NCBI GenBank assembly: GCA_965215565.1
Contig: CBDCDZ010000004.1
Span: 640,001-704,000, forward strand
Direction: 5' to 3'
Length of the DNA: 64,000 bases
Source: Trueperaceae bacterium
GTDB taxonomy: Bacteria > Deinococcota > Deinococci > Deinococcales > Trueperaceae
Numbering within the stretch: position 1 is the stretch's first letter; every line of letters starts with the position of its first letter. Under the pieces are notes generated by a model. The model saw nothing but the letters and a program-made list of their open reading frames with translations, made no database searches and was not told where the DNA came from. The translations under genes and the position numbers were made by a program. Below, piece by piece: positions 49,255 through 59,056 of this stretch.

Positions 49255-49935
49255 GTGATGGCCCGAGTCATCGTCTTTGATGTGAATGAAACGCTTTTAG
49301 ACTTGAACGATCTAGCCCCGTATTTCGAGCGTGCGTTTGGCGATAGAGCGGTGCTGGACGCTTGGTTCAAGCAGATGATTGAGTCCGCGATGGTCGGCGT
49401 GATTACGGGTGCGTACGCGGACTTCGGTGAGGTGGCGCGAGCGGCTTTGGAGATGACCGCTAAGCGCGAAGGGGTTGACCTCTCCGAGGAAGACAGAAAC
49501 GCCATTTTGATGGGCGTGCGTAAATTGCCCCCGCATCCCGAGGTGAGAGACGCACTAGAAACCTTACAAGAGGGTGGTTTACGCCTCGCCGCCTTGACCA
49601 ATTCAACATTAGAGGTGGCGCAGTCACAACTGACACAAGCAGGCTTAGCAGGGCTTTTCGAACAGATTCTTTCGGCCGACAGCGTCAAGCAGCTTAAACC
49701 CGCCGCTGAGGTTTATGAAGAAGCTGCCAAAGCTCTTGGTGTTGAGACCTCTGAGATGCGGCTCGTAGCGGCGCACGCTTGGGATATCGCGGGGGCGATG
49801 AGGGCGGGCTGCGCGGGCGCGTTCGTGGCGCGTCCGGGCAAGGTTTTAGACCCGCTCGCGCCCGAGCCGGATGTGGTGGGGGATGATTTGTTGGAGGTGG
49901 CGCGGAAGATTCTCGAGGTGGAGGGCGCGGTGTAG
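49255..49935 (+). CDS. Haloacid dehalogenase type II
   Basis: FDVNETLLD, LTNS, KP and AAHAWD motifs. Confidence 0.9.
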   Translation: MMARVIVFDVNETLLDLNDLAPYFERAFGDRAVLDAWFKQMIESAMVGVITGAYADFGEVARAALEMTAKREGVDLSEEDRNAILMGVRKLPPHPEVRDALETLQEGGLRLAALTNSTLEVAQSQLTQAGLAGLFEQILSADSVKQLKPAAEVYEEAAKALGVETSEMRLVAAHAWDIAGAMRAGCAGAFVARPGKVLDPLAPEPDVVGDDLLEVARKILEVEGAV

Positions 49936-49983
49936 GGACCGCGAGGTAGCGCTGCGCACGAACCGATGTGAGACAGCGCTGAT

Positions 49984-50012
49984 GTAAGGGAGGGTTTCAA
50001 ACCCTCCCCTAC
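49984..50012. repeat. GTAG-type REP-like palindrome
   Basis: GTAAGGGAGGGTTT-c-AAACCCTCCCCTAC. Confidence 0.55.
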
Positions 50013-50085
50013 GCCGCTCACTTCATCCCCAAAGACCTCTTGACACCTTCGCCTCGAGCCTGCTAACCTCTTAATATATGAAGAT

Positions 50086-50400
50086 ATGTTCAGATATAAG
50101 GCTATGAACAACGAATTCACACAAAACACTGCGATTCAACTCGCCGAACTCTTCCGTACGCTCGGCGACAGCGCCCGCATCCTCATCCTCGCCGCGCTGA
50201 GCGAACGCGAGCACAGCGTGAGCGACCTCGCCGAACGCGCCAACCTGAGCGAGTCCGCCGCCTCACATCACCTGCGGCATCTGCGGCAGACGCGGCTCGT
50301 CAAAGCGAGGAAAGAGGGGCGTCACGTCTTCTATAGCCTGGACGACGAGCACGTAGAGCAGCTCTTGAGGTGCGGACTCGAGCACGTCTTGCACGGCTGA
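50086..50400 (+). CDS. ArsR/SmtB metalloregulator
   Basis: SESAASHHLR and alpha5 site DDEH...EH. Confidence 0.9.
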   Translation: MFRYKAMNNEFTQNTAIQLAELFRTLGDSARILILAALSEREHSVSDLAERANLSESAASHHLRHLRQTRLVKARKEGRHVFYSLDDEHVEQLLRCGLEHVLHG

Positions 50401-50428
50401 AACCGAGCTTCGCCGAACGCTTAATCTC

Positions 50429-51361
50429 ATGGGGGGAATAGTGGCACACGCTCACTCAGATGGTCACGCGCACTCTCACGCGCCTAAAAACTTCGGACGC
50501 GCCTTCGCGATTGGCATCGGGCTGAATACGCTCTACGTCATCGTCGAAGTCGTCATCGGTCTGAGCATCGGCTCGCTGGGTCTCATCGCCGATGCGGGTC
50601 ATAACGCTAGCGACGTGCTCTCGCTCATCATCGCTTGGGTGGGTGCGAGTTTGGCGCGGCGCAGCCCGAGCGCGCGTTACACGTACGGCTTAAAGCGCTC
50701 ACCGATCATCGCCTCGCTCTTCAACGCGCTCTTACTCTTCGGCGCGATGAGCGTCGTGACCTGGGAGGCGGTTCAGCGACTGCAAGACCCCGCGCCGCTG
50801 CCTGGTCTGACGATAGTCTGGGTGACGCTCGTCGGGCTCGTGGTGAATTTCGGCACGGCGTTTTTGTTCGTGCGCGGGCGCGAAGACCTCAATATCAGGG
50901 GCGCGTTCTTGCACATGATGGCGGACGGGCTCGTGACGCTGGGCGTGCTTCTCGCGGGCGTCGCCTTTATCTTCACGGACGCCTACTGGCTCGACCCCGT
51001 CATCAGCCTCGTCATCGTCGCCGTTGTGCTATGGAGCACCTGGGGGCTCTTCGCGGACGCTATACGTTTGTCGCTCGACGCTGTGCCGGAAGGCATCGAG
51101 CCCGACGAGGTGCATGACTACCTCAGGGGTCTGCCGAGTGTCAAAGAGGTCCACGACCTCCACATCTGGGCGATGAGCACGACTGAAACCGCGCTCACCG
51201 CGCACCTCGTTCTAACCGATGAGGCGGCAGCGGGCAATGGGCTGCTCGAGAGAGCGAACGAGGGCTTGCACGACCGCTTCGAGATCGTGCATACGACGTT
51301 GCAGCTCGAGTACGGCGAGCCCGCCGACCCCTGCGGTCAAGCCTCGCCCGAGGTTGTTTAG
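50429..51361 (+). CDS. czcD: CDF family Zn/Co/Cd efflux transporter
   Basis: His-rich N-terminus; ADAGHN.SD, AFLH..AD, HDLHIW and H.TLQ.E motifs. Confidence 0.9.
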   Translation: MGGIVAHAHSDGHAHSHAPKNFGRAFAIGIGLNTLYVIVEVVIGLSIGSLGLIADAGHNASDVLSLIIAWVGASLARRSPSARYTYGLKRSPIIASLFNALLLFGAMSVVTWEAVQRLQDPAPLPGLTIVWVTLVGLVVNFGTAFLFVRGREDLNIRGAFLHMMADGLVTLGVLLAGVAFIFTDAYWLDPVISLVIVAVVLWSTWGLFADAIRLSLDAVPEGIEPDEVHDYLRGLPSVKEVHDLHIWAMSTTETALTAHLVLTDEAAAGNGLLERANEGLHDRFEIVHTTLQLEYGEPADPCGQASPEVV

Positions 51362-51489
51362 GAAGGGCGAGAGCTATACCGTTCGCACCGTTTAGGCGAA
51401 TTTATCGGTGGCGTCGAGGTGACCATTGTCCCCCGGACAGCGTGACAAAATGAATCGATGGACTTTCACCGAGAGAGAACCCCCTAGTT

Positions 51490-52134
51490 ATGACCCGCCC
51501 CCAGAAACTCACCTTAGCCACCTTAGCCGTCCTGATACTCGCGGCTCTGGGGTGGTTGGTCTATATCCTCTTCGCCCCCCAAGAAGACCCGCTCGCCAGC
51601 ACGCTGCAACGCGGTTACGAAGGTCAGCCTACGCTCGGCAACGACGACGCGCCCGTCAAGGTCATCTTCTTCGAAAACTTTTTGTGTGAGCACTGTCGGG
51701 CGTTCGAGGCAAACGTCATGCCGCAGCTTAAACGCGACTATATCGACACGGGAGACGTCGAGGCGTACTACGTCAACCTTGCGTGGGGCGGCGAACGCGC
51801 TCTCCTAGCGGGTCTAGCGGGCGAGTGCGCCTACGCACAGGATGAGGCGGCGTTTTGGGACTACAAGTCCGCGCTCTACGAGGCGCAAGAGACCTGGCAG
51901 GGAGTGAACGATTTAGCGGCGGCAGCTCGAGATATCGACGCTTTGGACGCCGACGCGCTCCGCACTTGCGTCCAAGAGGCGCGCTACCAAGAGGAGGTTC
52001 AGCGCGACTTGGACCTCGCCGAGCGCGTCGGCGTGCAGGGTACGCCCTCGCTCGTGGTGGGTAATCAAGGCTTCCAAGGTCCGAGCTACCACACGTTGCG
52101 GCGCGAAATTGAGGCGCAGCTTCGCGGGAGCTAA
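51490..52134 (+). CDS. Membrane-anchored DsbA-family thioredoxin
   Basis: G.DDAPV, CEHC and GVQGTP motifs. Confidence 0.88.
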   Translation: MTRPQKLTLATLAVLILAALGWLVYILFAPQEDPLASTLQRGYEGQPTLGNDDAPVKVIFFENFLCEHCRAFEANVMPQLKRDYIDTGDVEAYYVNLAWGGERALLAGLAGECAYAQDEAAFWDYKSALYEAQETWQGVNDLAAAARDIDALDADALRTCVQEARYQEEVQRDLDLAERVGVQGTPSLVVGNQGFQGPSYHTLRREIEAQLRGS

Positions 52135-52202
52135 CGCGGCACCCTACCTCGGCTGTTGCGCGGTTTCTTCGCTGAAAAGATGCGCGTGCTAAGCTCGAGG
52201 TC

Positions 52203-53270
52203 ATGGACACGCGCCCCAGCCTCCTAGACCTCAACCTCGCGGACCTCCCGACGGACGGACCGAGCTACCGCCGCACGCAGCTCGCCGGGTGGCTCTACGA
52301 GCGGGGCGCGCTCGACTTTGAGGAGATGAGCAACCTGCCGAGAGGCTGGCGCGAAACGCTCGCGGCGCACTACACGGTGAGCCCGTTCGCGCGTTCCGAA
52401 CGCTTCCCCTCGAAAGACGGCTCGGTGCGCTATCTCTTCACGCTCGCTGACGGCAAGCAGACTGAAGCCGTCTATATGCCCTACGCGGACCGCAAGACGG
52501 TCTGCATCTCCTCGATGGTGGGCTGCCCGGCGGGGTGCGCCTTCTGCGCGACGGGGGCGCTAGGCTTCGGGCGCAACTTGACGCGGGCGGAAACCTTGGC
52601 GCAACTCCTAGACGTGGCGAGAGCCGAAGGCTTCGCGCCTAAAGAGATTCGCAACGTCGTCTTGATGGGGATGGGCGAGGCGCTCCTCAACTACGACAAC
52701 GCGGTGGGCGCGATTCGCACGATGGTCCACCCGCAGGGGCTCGACATGTCGCCGCGCCGCATCACCTTATCCACGGTAGGCTTGCCGCAGAAGATTCGGC
52801 GGCTCGCCGGCGAGGACCTCTCGCTCGTGCTGGCGGTGAGCCTGCACGCGCCCGACGAGGAGACGCGCCGCGCCATCATCCCTACAGCGCACGCGCATTC
52901 GATAGACGACATCATCGCGTCGCTGCACGCCTGGTTTGAGGCGACGGGGCGGCGGGTGACGGTCGAATACACGATGTTGCAAGGCGTCAACGACGCGCTC
53001 TGGCAAGCGGAGGCGCTCGTGGAGCGTTTGGACGGACTTTTGGCGCACGTCAACCTCATCCCTTTCAACCCGTGGCAGGCGTCTCGGTTTCGCTCGAGCA
53101 CCACCGCTCAAATCAAAGCCTTTGAAACAACCCTGCGCCGCGCGGGGCTCTCCGTCTCGGTGCGCTTTAGTCGCGGGCGCGACGCGGGCGGCGCGTGCGG
53201 TCAACTCGCTCTGACGCAAACCCCTAGCCCACTGCCGAGCGGTGCGACGGGCGGACTATCTCCTCTGTAG
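52203..53270 (+). CDS. rlmN: 23S rRNA m2A2503 methyltransferase
   Basis: C.AGC.FC, MGMGE, SLH, NLIPFN and ACGQL motifs. Confidence 0.95.
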   Translation: MDTRPSLLDLNLADLPTDGPSYRRTQLAGWLYERGALDFEEMSNLPRGWRETLAAHYTVSPFARSERFPSKDGSVRYLFTLADGKQTEAVYMPYADRKTVCISSMVGCPAGCAFCATGALGFGRNLTRAETLAQLLDVARAEGFAPKEIRNVVLMGMGEALLNYDNAVGAIRTMVHPQGLDMSPRRITLSTVGLPQKIRRLAGEDLSLVLAVSLHAPDEETRRAIIPTAHAHSIDDIIASLHAWFEATGRRVTVEYTMLQGVNDALWQAEALVERLDGLLAHVNLIPFNPWQASRFRSSTTAQIKAFETTLRRAGLSVSVRFSRGRDAGGACGQLALTQTPSPLPSGATGGLSPL

Positions 53271-53327
53271 TTTGAATCTATAGCTTAGACCTCTTCATGG
53301 TTTGATTGACCACGCCGCTCTATTATT

Positions 53328-53428
53328 TAGCAGTTCCACGACATACTGAGACAAAATGCCGCAGATATCATCTCGTAAAGTGCGTGCTACTCAAAGTGAG
53401 AGCGTCTCAAACCAGATGATACCTGCTA
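53328..53428. mobile_element. Minimal 101-bp MITE A (ATT duplication), empty IS110 target
   Basis: TAGCAGTTCC...CCAGATGATACCTGCTA. Confidence 0.85.
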
Positions 53429-53701
53429 ATTCTTTCAGGCGGTGTACCACGTTTCGTATGTGCAGTAACGCAAGAGCCGCGAGAGAGGCAGATCAGTTTT
53501 TGCGTACACATAAAATGGGACACCTTCCCTTTCACGGCTGTGTTCTCCGCCACATCAAGTGGAGTGAAGATTCGGACACTCGCGCCCGAAAAGCCGTGCT
53601 CGTGTCGGATTTAATATATGAGGGTGTGCAAGGCGTACTACCATGTCCCGAATCTCGCTGTGTTTGCGCTCTCACGTAGGCGGCACACTTTGGAGGCATG
53701 A

Positions 53702-55282
53702 ATGAAGAGCATTACTTGCGGCGTTCTGATCATAGCGTCGGCTTGCGTGACTCTAGGTTACGCGCAGCCTAGCTGGGCTGAACCTGCTGCGCCCGCACCG
53801 TCACAAGCGTCGTCTTCGGACGAGCGGACGAGCTTGTCGGCGCTCATCAGAGAGACGCGCAGCAACCCCAAAAATGTTGAAGCGTGGCTCGCTTTGGGTC
53901 AGCGCTACCTGGATAACGGTGTGCTGGAGAAAGCCAAGGAGAGCTTTTTAGAGGCGGTCACGCTCGATTACCTCTCGGCGGAGGCGCATTTCGGCTTGGG
54001 GCTGACCGAGTACGCGCGGGGTGACTTCGCGGCTGCTCTATTCGAATTCGGCGAAGTGGCGCGTCTCTTCCCAACGCGCTTCGACGGTCACTACAACCGC
54101 GCCGTCACCCTAGCGAAGCTGCGCCGCACCGAGGAAGCGGTGAGCGCGTTTCAAGAGGCGATCGCCCAAGCCGAGCCCGAAGCGAGCGCCGAGGCGCGAG
54201 TAGACGCCTATTTGGGGCTCGCCGAACAGCTCAAGACGTTAGAGCGTTTCGGCGAGGCTGCTGAAGCCTACACCGCTGCGAGCGACGTGACGCAGGATAG
54301 TCAGCAGCGCGACGAGTTGACCTATAGACGCGCCGACGCGCTCTACCGCGCGGGGCAAGGGCTAGACGCGCTGCCCAGCTTGGGCGCTCTGGAGGGTGAC
54401 TACCGCGCCGACACGCTCGTCGCCGATATCTACGCGCAAGCCGGACAGAACGACTACGCCTTGCGTTCACTCAACCGCGCGATTCGCAACGCGGCGTCTG
54501 CGGGTGACACGGACGCGCAAGCTCGCCTCTTGACGGAACTCGGAACGTTGCAGCGCGAACTCGGGCGCGAGGCGGACGCGGTTAGCTCGTTCGAGCGGGC
54601 GGTGGAAGTTGACGGGGACTCGGGCCAAGCTCTATACAACTTAGGGCGCAGCCTCTTAGAGAGCGGACAGCCCGAAGCGGCGCGAGCGCCGCTCCAGCGG
54701 GCGCTCAAGGCGGAGAGCGCCGCTGAAACCGAAGGCGCGGTCTACCTCGCTCTAGCCAACGCCTTCGAGCAGCTTTCCCAGTTCGACGAAGCGCGCCGCA
54801 ACGCCGAAGCCGCCGCGCAGCGCCTTAGCGACGCTAGCGCGCGCAGCGACGCAACCTTTATCACCGGGCGCTCGCTCTACCGACTCGGCGACTACCGGGG
54901 CGCGCTCATCGCCCTAGAAGACGTTGTTGCCGCGCAGCCCGGAAACGCCGACGCGCAGCTCTGGGCGGGCTTGGCACACTATCAAGCGGAACAGTACAGG
55001 AGCGCCGCGCAGTTCTTTGAACGCGCCGTGCAACTGAACCCCGAAAGCGCCGAGGCGCGCGTCAACTTAGGCGCGGCGTACCTCGCAGCGGAGCGCTACG
55101 AAGACGCCGAGTTGGTCTACGAACTCCTCATCCAGCAGACCGGCGGCGACGCGGACACCTACTACAACCTGGGCTGGTCCCTCCTCTCGCAAGGGCGCGG
55201 CAACGAGGCGCGCCAAGCGTGGCAGCGTTCGTCGGAGCTAGGGTACACGCCCGCTCGCACCGCGCTGAGGCAGTATTTCTGA
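53702..55282 (+). CDS. Secreted TPR-repeat protein
   Basis: Signal peptide and many TPR repeats. Confidence 0.88.
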   Translation: MKSITCGVLIIASACVTLGYAQPSWAEPAAPAPSQASSSDERTSLSALIRETRSNPKNVEAWLALGQRYLDNGVLEKAKESFLEAVTLDYLSAEAHFGLGLTEYARGDFAAALFEFGEVARLFPTRFDGHYNRAVTLAKLRRTEEAVSAFQEAIAQAEPEASAEARVDAYLGLAEQLKTLERFGEAAEAYTAASDVTQDSQQRDELTYRRADALYRAGQGLDALPSLGALEGDYRADTLVADIYAQAGQNDYALRSLNRAIRNAASAGDTDAQARLLTELGTLQRELGREADAVSSFERAVEVDGDSGQALYNLGRSLLESGQPEAARAPLQRALKAESAAETEGAVYLALANAFEQLSQFDEARRNAEAAAQRLSDASARSDATFITGRSLYRLGDYRGALIALEDVVAAQPGNADAQLWAGLAHYQAEQYRSAAQFFERAVQLNPESAEARVNLGAAYLAAERYEDAELVYELLIQQTGGDADTYYNLGWSLLSQGRGNEARQAWQRSSELGYTPARTALRQYF

Positions 55283-55348
55283 GTTAGGAAGTCTCGAGTC
55301 CAGATGCGCAGAGTCAAGTCCTGTGTTGACGAATAAAAGAGCTTGTGA

Positions 55349-55381
55349 AGCAGCGCCCTCGGTTGAGGGCGCTGCTATTTT
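55349..55381 (+). terminator. Intrinsic terminator
   Basis: AGCAGCGCCCTC-ggtt-GAGGGCGCTGCT-ATTTT. Confidence 0.75.
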
Positions 55382-55410
55382 GCACCTTTTAACTTAGCTG
55401 AGGCTTGATT

Positions 55411-55705
55411 TAGCGTTTCCACTTATCGTTGCTTGGACGAAGTCATTCCCGGAGGGAAACTTCGTAAGCGAAGCAACACTTCTTCGCAGATTTCACAGCT
55501 TGCTGTAACGGAACTTCATCATAATCAAGTGCGTGCTACATTTCTAAAAGCTGCTCCGCGTGAGCGAGCAGACGGAGTTTTCGCAAGGCGAATTACGAAG
55601 TTTTCCGATTACGTAGTTTTTGCGCAGCAAAAGGAAACAGTGTTTTCTACAGTGAGGGTGTTGCTTTGCAAAACTACGCATACTCAGACTAGATAATACC
55701 TGCTA
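55411..55705. mobile_element. Expanded MITE A derivative with stacked ACG(A/G/T)AGTTTT hairpin units
   Basis: Right end AGATAATACCTGCTA; homologous to 14800-14948; left end uncertain. Confidence 0.55.
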
Positions 55706-56048
55706 CTTATCGCTAAAATCTCCAATTCCCGCTAGCGAACAAAGGGTTGCAACTCCTTGTTCATATTCAGTGAGCATTCCAGAGTAAAGCCACTACCATA
55801 TTTACAACGAGAAGCTCGAGAGAATTCCCCATGACCTCTTCTGCTCAGTCCGTCCAAGCGGAACGCACAGCAGGTCCAAACTATACTGCGGCGGATGAAC
55901 GCAGGTGGCATCTCCAAACGTATAGGCTAGTCGGTGTTTTCTCGAGTGTGCGCGTTTTTGACCAGATGAACTTAGTATGAAGGCACCGAAGAGATATCCC
56001 AACACAGCTTACACCCCTCTCGCCGCGAGGTTCGTTAAAATTGAGGTC

Positions 56049-56558
56049 ATGAAGCGACTTCTGATGCTAAGCTTCCTCCTAACCTCATTCGCCCTTGCTC
56101 AGCCCACCTGCGAAACTCTAGTGGATGACCTAGAGACCGCCTTTGGCGAAGCCGAGAGCCTCATGTCCGAAGTCGAAGTCGTCGCCAACGGGCGCGAGAT
56201 GGGCTACCAGAAAGCGCGGCTCTACCGGGACGACGCGGGCGAATTGCAGAGCGAAGTCATCGAGGAGCGCGGACAGCGCCCACCAGAGGACGAGGGCGAA
56301 GACGAGGGCGACGAGGAGTTTAGCTTTAGCTGCGAGGGCAACGAGTTGGAACTCTTAGGCAGCGACGGTTCGTACCGCTTGACCTTACAAGAGGACGACG
56401 AGGAGATTCCGGTGGACGAGTACCGGCTCGAGTTCACCCCCCGAGAGGGTCGCTACGTGCCGCGCTCTATCATCGCGAACTTCAATACGACGTTCGTGCT
56501 CATTCCGGTGAGGGGCACATTTACGACGAAGCTGAGCGAGTGGACGTTTCCTGAGTAG
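56049..56558 (+). CDS. Secreted acidic hypothetical protein
   Basis: MKRLLMLSFLLTSFALA signal; TAAAAT-N7-ATG. Confidence 0.7.
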   Translation: MKRLLMLSFLLTSFALAQPTCETLVDDLETAFGEAESLMSEVEVVANGREMGYQKARLYRDDAGELQSEVIEERGQRPPEDEGEDEGDEEFSFSCEGNELELLGSDGSYRLTLQEDDEEIPVDEYRLEFTPREGRYVPRSIIANFNTTFVLIPVRGTFTTKLSEWTFPE

Positions 56559-56612
56559 CATTTCAGCGAGTCAGCCAATCAGCTTGTCAGGAAAAGCGAA
56601 AACCCTTGACCG

Positions 56613-57173
56613 ATGATAGAACCTACGAACTCATTCTTGATGACAGATTTCTACGCGAGAGACGCCGAAACCGTCGCTAGAGACCTCTTGGGTACAACGC
56701 TCGTTCATCGCCACAACGGTTTATCTCAGCGCTCCCGCATCGTCGAAACAGAAGCCTACATCGGCACGCACGACCTCGCCTCGCACGCCTCGAAAGGCAG
56801 AACGAAGCGCACCGAGGTCATGTTCGGTCCACCGGGACGCGCCTACGTCTATCTGATTTACGGTATGTATGACATGCTCAACGTCGTAACCGGACGAGAG
56901 GGTGACGCCCAAGCGGTATTGATTCGGGCGGTGGAACCCCTCGAGAACGTCACGGGCAAAACGGATGGTCCGGGCAAATTGACGAGAGCTTTGGGAATCA
57001 CTCGAGACTTGAACCGCCACGACCTCACAGAAGAACCGCTCTGGTTGGGGCCCGGCACCCCGCCCCAAGAGGTCATCACCACCACGCGCATCGGTATCGA
57101 CTACGCCAAGGAGTGGAAGGACGCGCCGCTGCGGTTCTATGACGCGGGAAGCCGGTTTGTCTCGAGAAGATAG
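56613..57173 (+). CDS. mpg: DNA-3-methyladenine glycosylase
   Basis: IVETEAY, YVYLIYG, AVLIRA, GPGKL and RIGI motifs. Confidence 0.93.
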   Translation: MIEPTNSFLMTDFYARDAETVARDLLGTTLVHRHNGLSQRSRIVETEAYIGTHDLASHASKGRTKRTEVMFGPPGRAYVYLIYGMYDMLNVVTGREGDAQAVLIRAVEPLENVTGKTDGPGKLTRALGITRDLNRHDLTEEPLWLGPGTPPQEVITTTRIGIDYAKEWKDAPLRFYDAGSRFVSRR

Positions 57174-57336
57174 CAATGAGTGAAAAGCAATCTAGTCAAG
57201 CTGGTGGCTTTAGCTTCTGAAGGAACGATTACGAAGTTTTCGCAGAAGCGAAACGGTGAGCAGCGAGTAAAAAGCGTTTGACTTTAGCTTTCAACTCACT
57301 GCTCGTTGCTTTCAACTATCTTTTACTCATTACTCA
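57171..57336. repeat. Heptamer-built hairpin repeat, copy 5, with a 24-bp insert at 57229-57252
   Basis: Homology to 14632-14707 and 35661-35730. Confidence 0.7.
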
Positions 57337-57383
57337 AAAACGACAACCTCTCCCCCTAGTCCGATACCCTGTTACAGTGGCCT

Positions 57384-57809
57384 ATGCTCGACACCCGAAC
57401 CTTCAGAAGTATCATCGAAGACCTCATCCCCATGAACCGTTTTTTGGGGCTCAAGTTAGAAAACTTCGACATGGACACGGGCGACGTGACGACGCGCTTA
57501 GAGATGCGCCCCGAATATTTAGGCAACGCCCGCCGCGCCATGCCCCACGGCGGGCTCATCTCCTTTTTGATTGACGCCACAGCGGGCGCGTCCGCCGCGC
57601 TTTCTCTGGACGACTATTCGCTCATCGACCGCGTCGCCACGATCGACATGCGCGTGGACTACCTCAAACCTGCGAAGGGAGGGGTGCTCCTGACCTCTTC
57701 GACGGTCATGCGCCCCGGCAACCGCATCATCAATGTGCGCAGTGAAATCAGCGATGAGGTGGGCACGCTCGTCGCGCTCGGCTCGAACACCTTTAACGTG
57801 GCGCGGTAA
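57384..57809 (+). CDS. PaaI-like hotdog thioesterase
   Basis: GN....HGG....LID and TIDMRVDYL motifs. Confidence 0.88.
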   Translation: MLDTRTFRSIIEDLIPMNRFLGLKLENFDMDTGDVTTRLEMRPEYLGNARRAMPHGGLISFLIDATAGASAALSLDDYSLIDRVATIDMRVDYLKPAKGGVLLTSSTVMRPGNRIINVRSEISDEVGTLVALGSNTFNVAR

Positions 57810-57813
57810 CGCA

Positions 57814-57990
57814 GTGGATTTACAGCGCTTAGCCACCTCCTTTCTGCTCTTCACCGTCGCCATGCTCGGCTTTAATACCATCGGCTCGGAGCGGACGTTT
57901 ACTGAAGCCATCCCCTTGAGCCTCTTTCAAGGCGTCGTTTTCGCCTCACTTGTTTACGCTTGGGAGTGGTACCGCAGCAGGAAGAAATGA
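57814..57990 (+). CDS. Small 2-TM membrane protein
   Basis: Hydrophobic ORF between co-oriented genes. Confidence 0.55.
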   Translation: MDLQRLATSFLLFTVAMLGFNTIGSERTFTEAIPLSLFQGVVFASLVYAWEWYRSRKK

Positions 57991-58012
57991 CCCGAAGAGA
58001 TGACCCAAAGAA

Positions 58013-58921
58013 ATGAAAGGTGAACTTAGTGCGGCTGAATTAGAAACCCTGAGCCACCGCTACGGCTGGACGGACGCAACCGCTTCACTTCTTCACAGCG
58101 GGGAAAACGAGACCTTTTCGGCTGAGTCACAAGAGGTGCGCTGCGTAGTCCGAAAGTATCGCCAACGCACCCTCTCCCCCATCCGCGCCGAACTCGCCTG
58201 GATATCGGAATTGTCAAAAGAGGTGGCTGCGCCCCTAGTCCTCCCCACAAAACAAAACGCCCTCTTCACGCAGATAGACGGTCAAATTTACGCAGCGTTC
58301 GAGTACCTCGAGGGTCACTTTATCGAGGAGAACACCGCCGCCAATCTCTTCCGTTTGGGGCAGCTTTTCAACAGACTTCACATCACCTCAGAAGGGGTCA
58401 TGAAGAGGATGCCACCAACTTGGATAGGCTGGCAGCGTCCAACTTTCGACCGTCAAGAGGTCATCCAAAAGCCGCTCGAGCACCTCACAACCGCCGACTT
58501 CTTGACTAGTCAAGATAAAGCGAGATGTGAGCGTGTAGCGGCGGAACTCAGCGAGCGGTGGCGACTCACAGAGAAGACCTTCATCCACGCAGATTTGCAT
58601 TTTGGAAACGTTTTAGAGCGAGAGGATAGTACGTGGTTCTGCTTGGACTTTGGTGAATGTGGCTTCGGCTCGAGATATTTTGACCTGGGCGTCGTCAAGT
58701 TTCACCTCATGGCGGAGAGTGGGCTCGAGTATCTTCCCGACTTTTTAAGAGGTTACGGCGAGACTATTTCAGAGCAAGACTTGAGCCTCGGCACGGCGGC
58801 GCGCATCTTTTACACGGCGGGTAAGGTTCCAAAGCGCTTGGATATTCCTGATTTGGCTAAAAATCCTCGGGCGGTCATTCAGCGCTATTTGGGGTATCTC
58901 GAGTCGGAGTTGGAAGGGTAA
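58013..58921 (+). CDS. APH/homoserine kinase type II-like phosphotransferase
   Basis: IHADLHFGNVL and LDFGEC motifs. Confidence 0.88.
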   Translation: MKGELSAAELETLSHRYGWTDATASLLHSGENETFSAESQEVRCVVRKYRQRTLSPIRAELAWISELSKEVAAPLVLPTKQNALFTQIDGQIYAAFEYLEGHFIEENTAANLFRLGQLFNRLHITSEGVMKRMPPTWIGWQRPTFDRQEVIQKPLEHLTTADFLTSQDKARCERVAAELSERWRLTEKTFIHADLHFGNVLEREDSTWFCLDFGECGFGSRYFDLGVVKFHLMAESGLEYLPDFLRGYGETISEQDLSLGTAARIFYTAGKVPKRLDIPDLAKNPRAVIQRYLGYLESELEG

Positions 58922-59056
58922 TACCCTTTCCGGTTAAACACGCGACTTTATCGCGTGTTTAATCCCGAGCGGATGCGAGTAGAAAAAGTACGGATTCCGG
59001 TGAGTACGGAATCAACTCCGAAGGAGTTTGTGCAGTAATCAACCGGAATCCGTATA
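58919..59056. repeat. ATACGGATTCCG-type palindromic repeat, copy 2
   Basis: Inverted homolog of 13423-13582; begins at the TAA stop of ORF 58013. Confidence 0.85.

Noticed and set aside
53356..53679. 107-aa ORF, and likewise 23147-23365, 55433-55696 and 13473-13700
   Set aside because: They begin inside MITE or repeat DNA and show no protein motifs
47467..55978. Composite IS110 cargo element bounded by the two orphan junctions
   Set aside because: The junctions are on opposite strands and do not enclose the interval as a left/right pair
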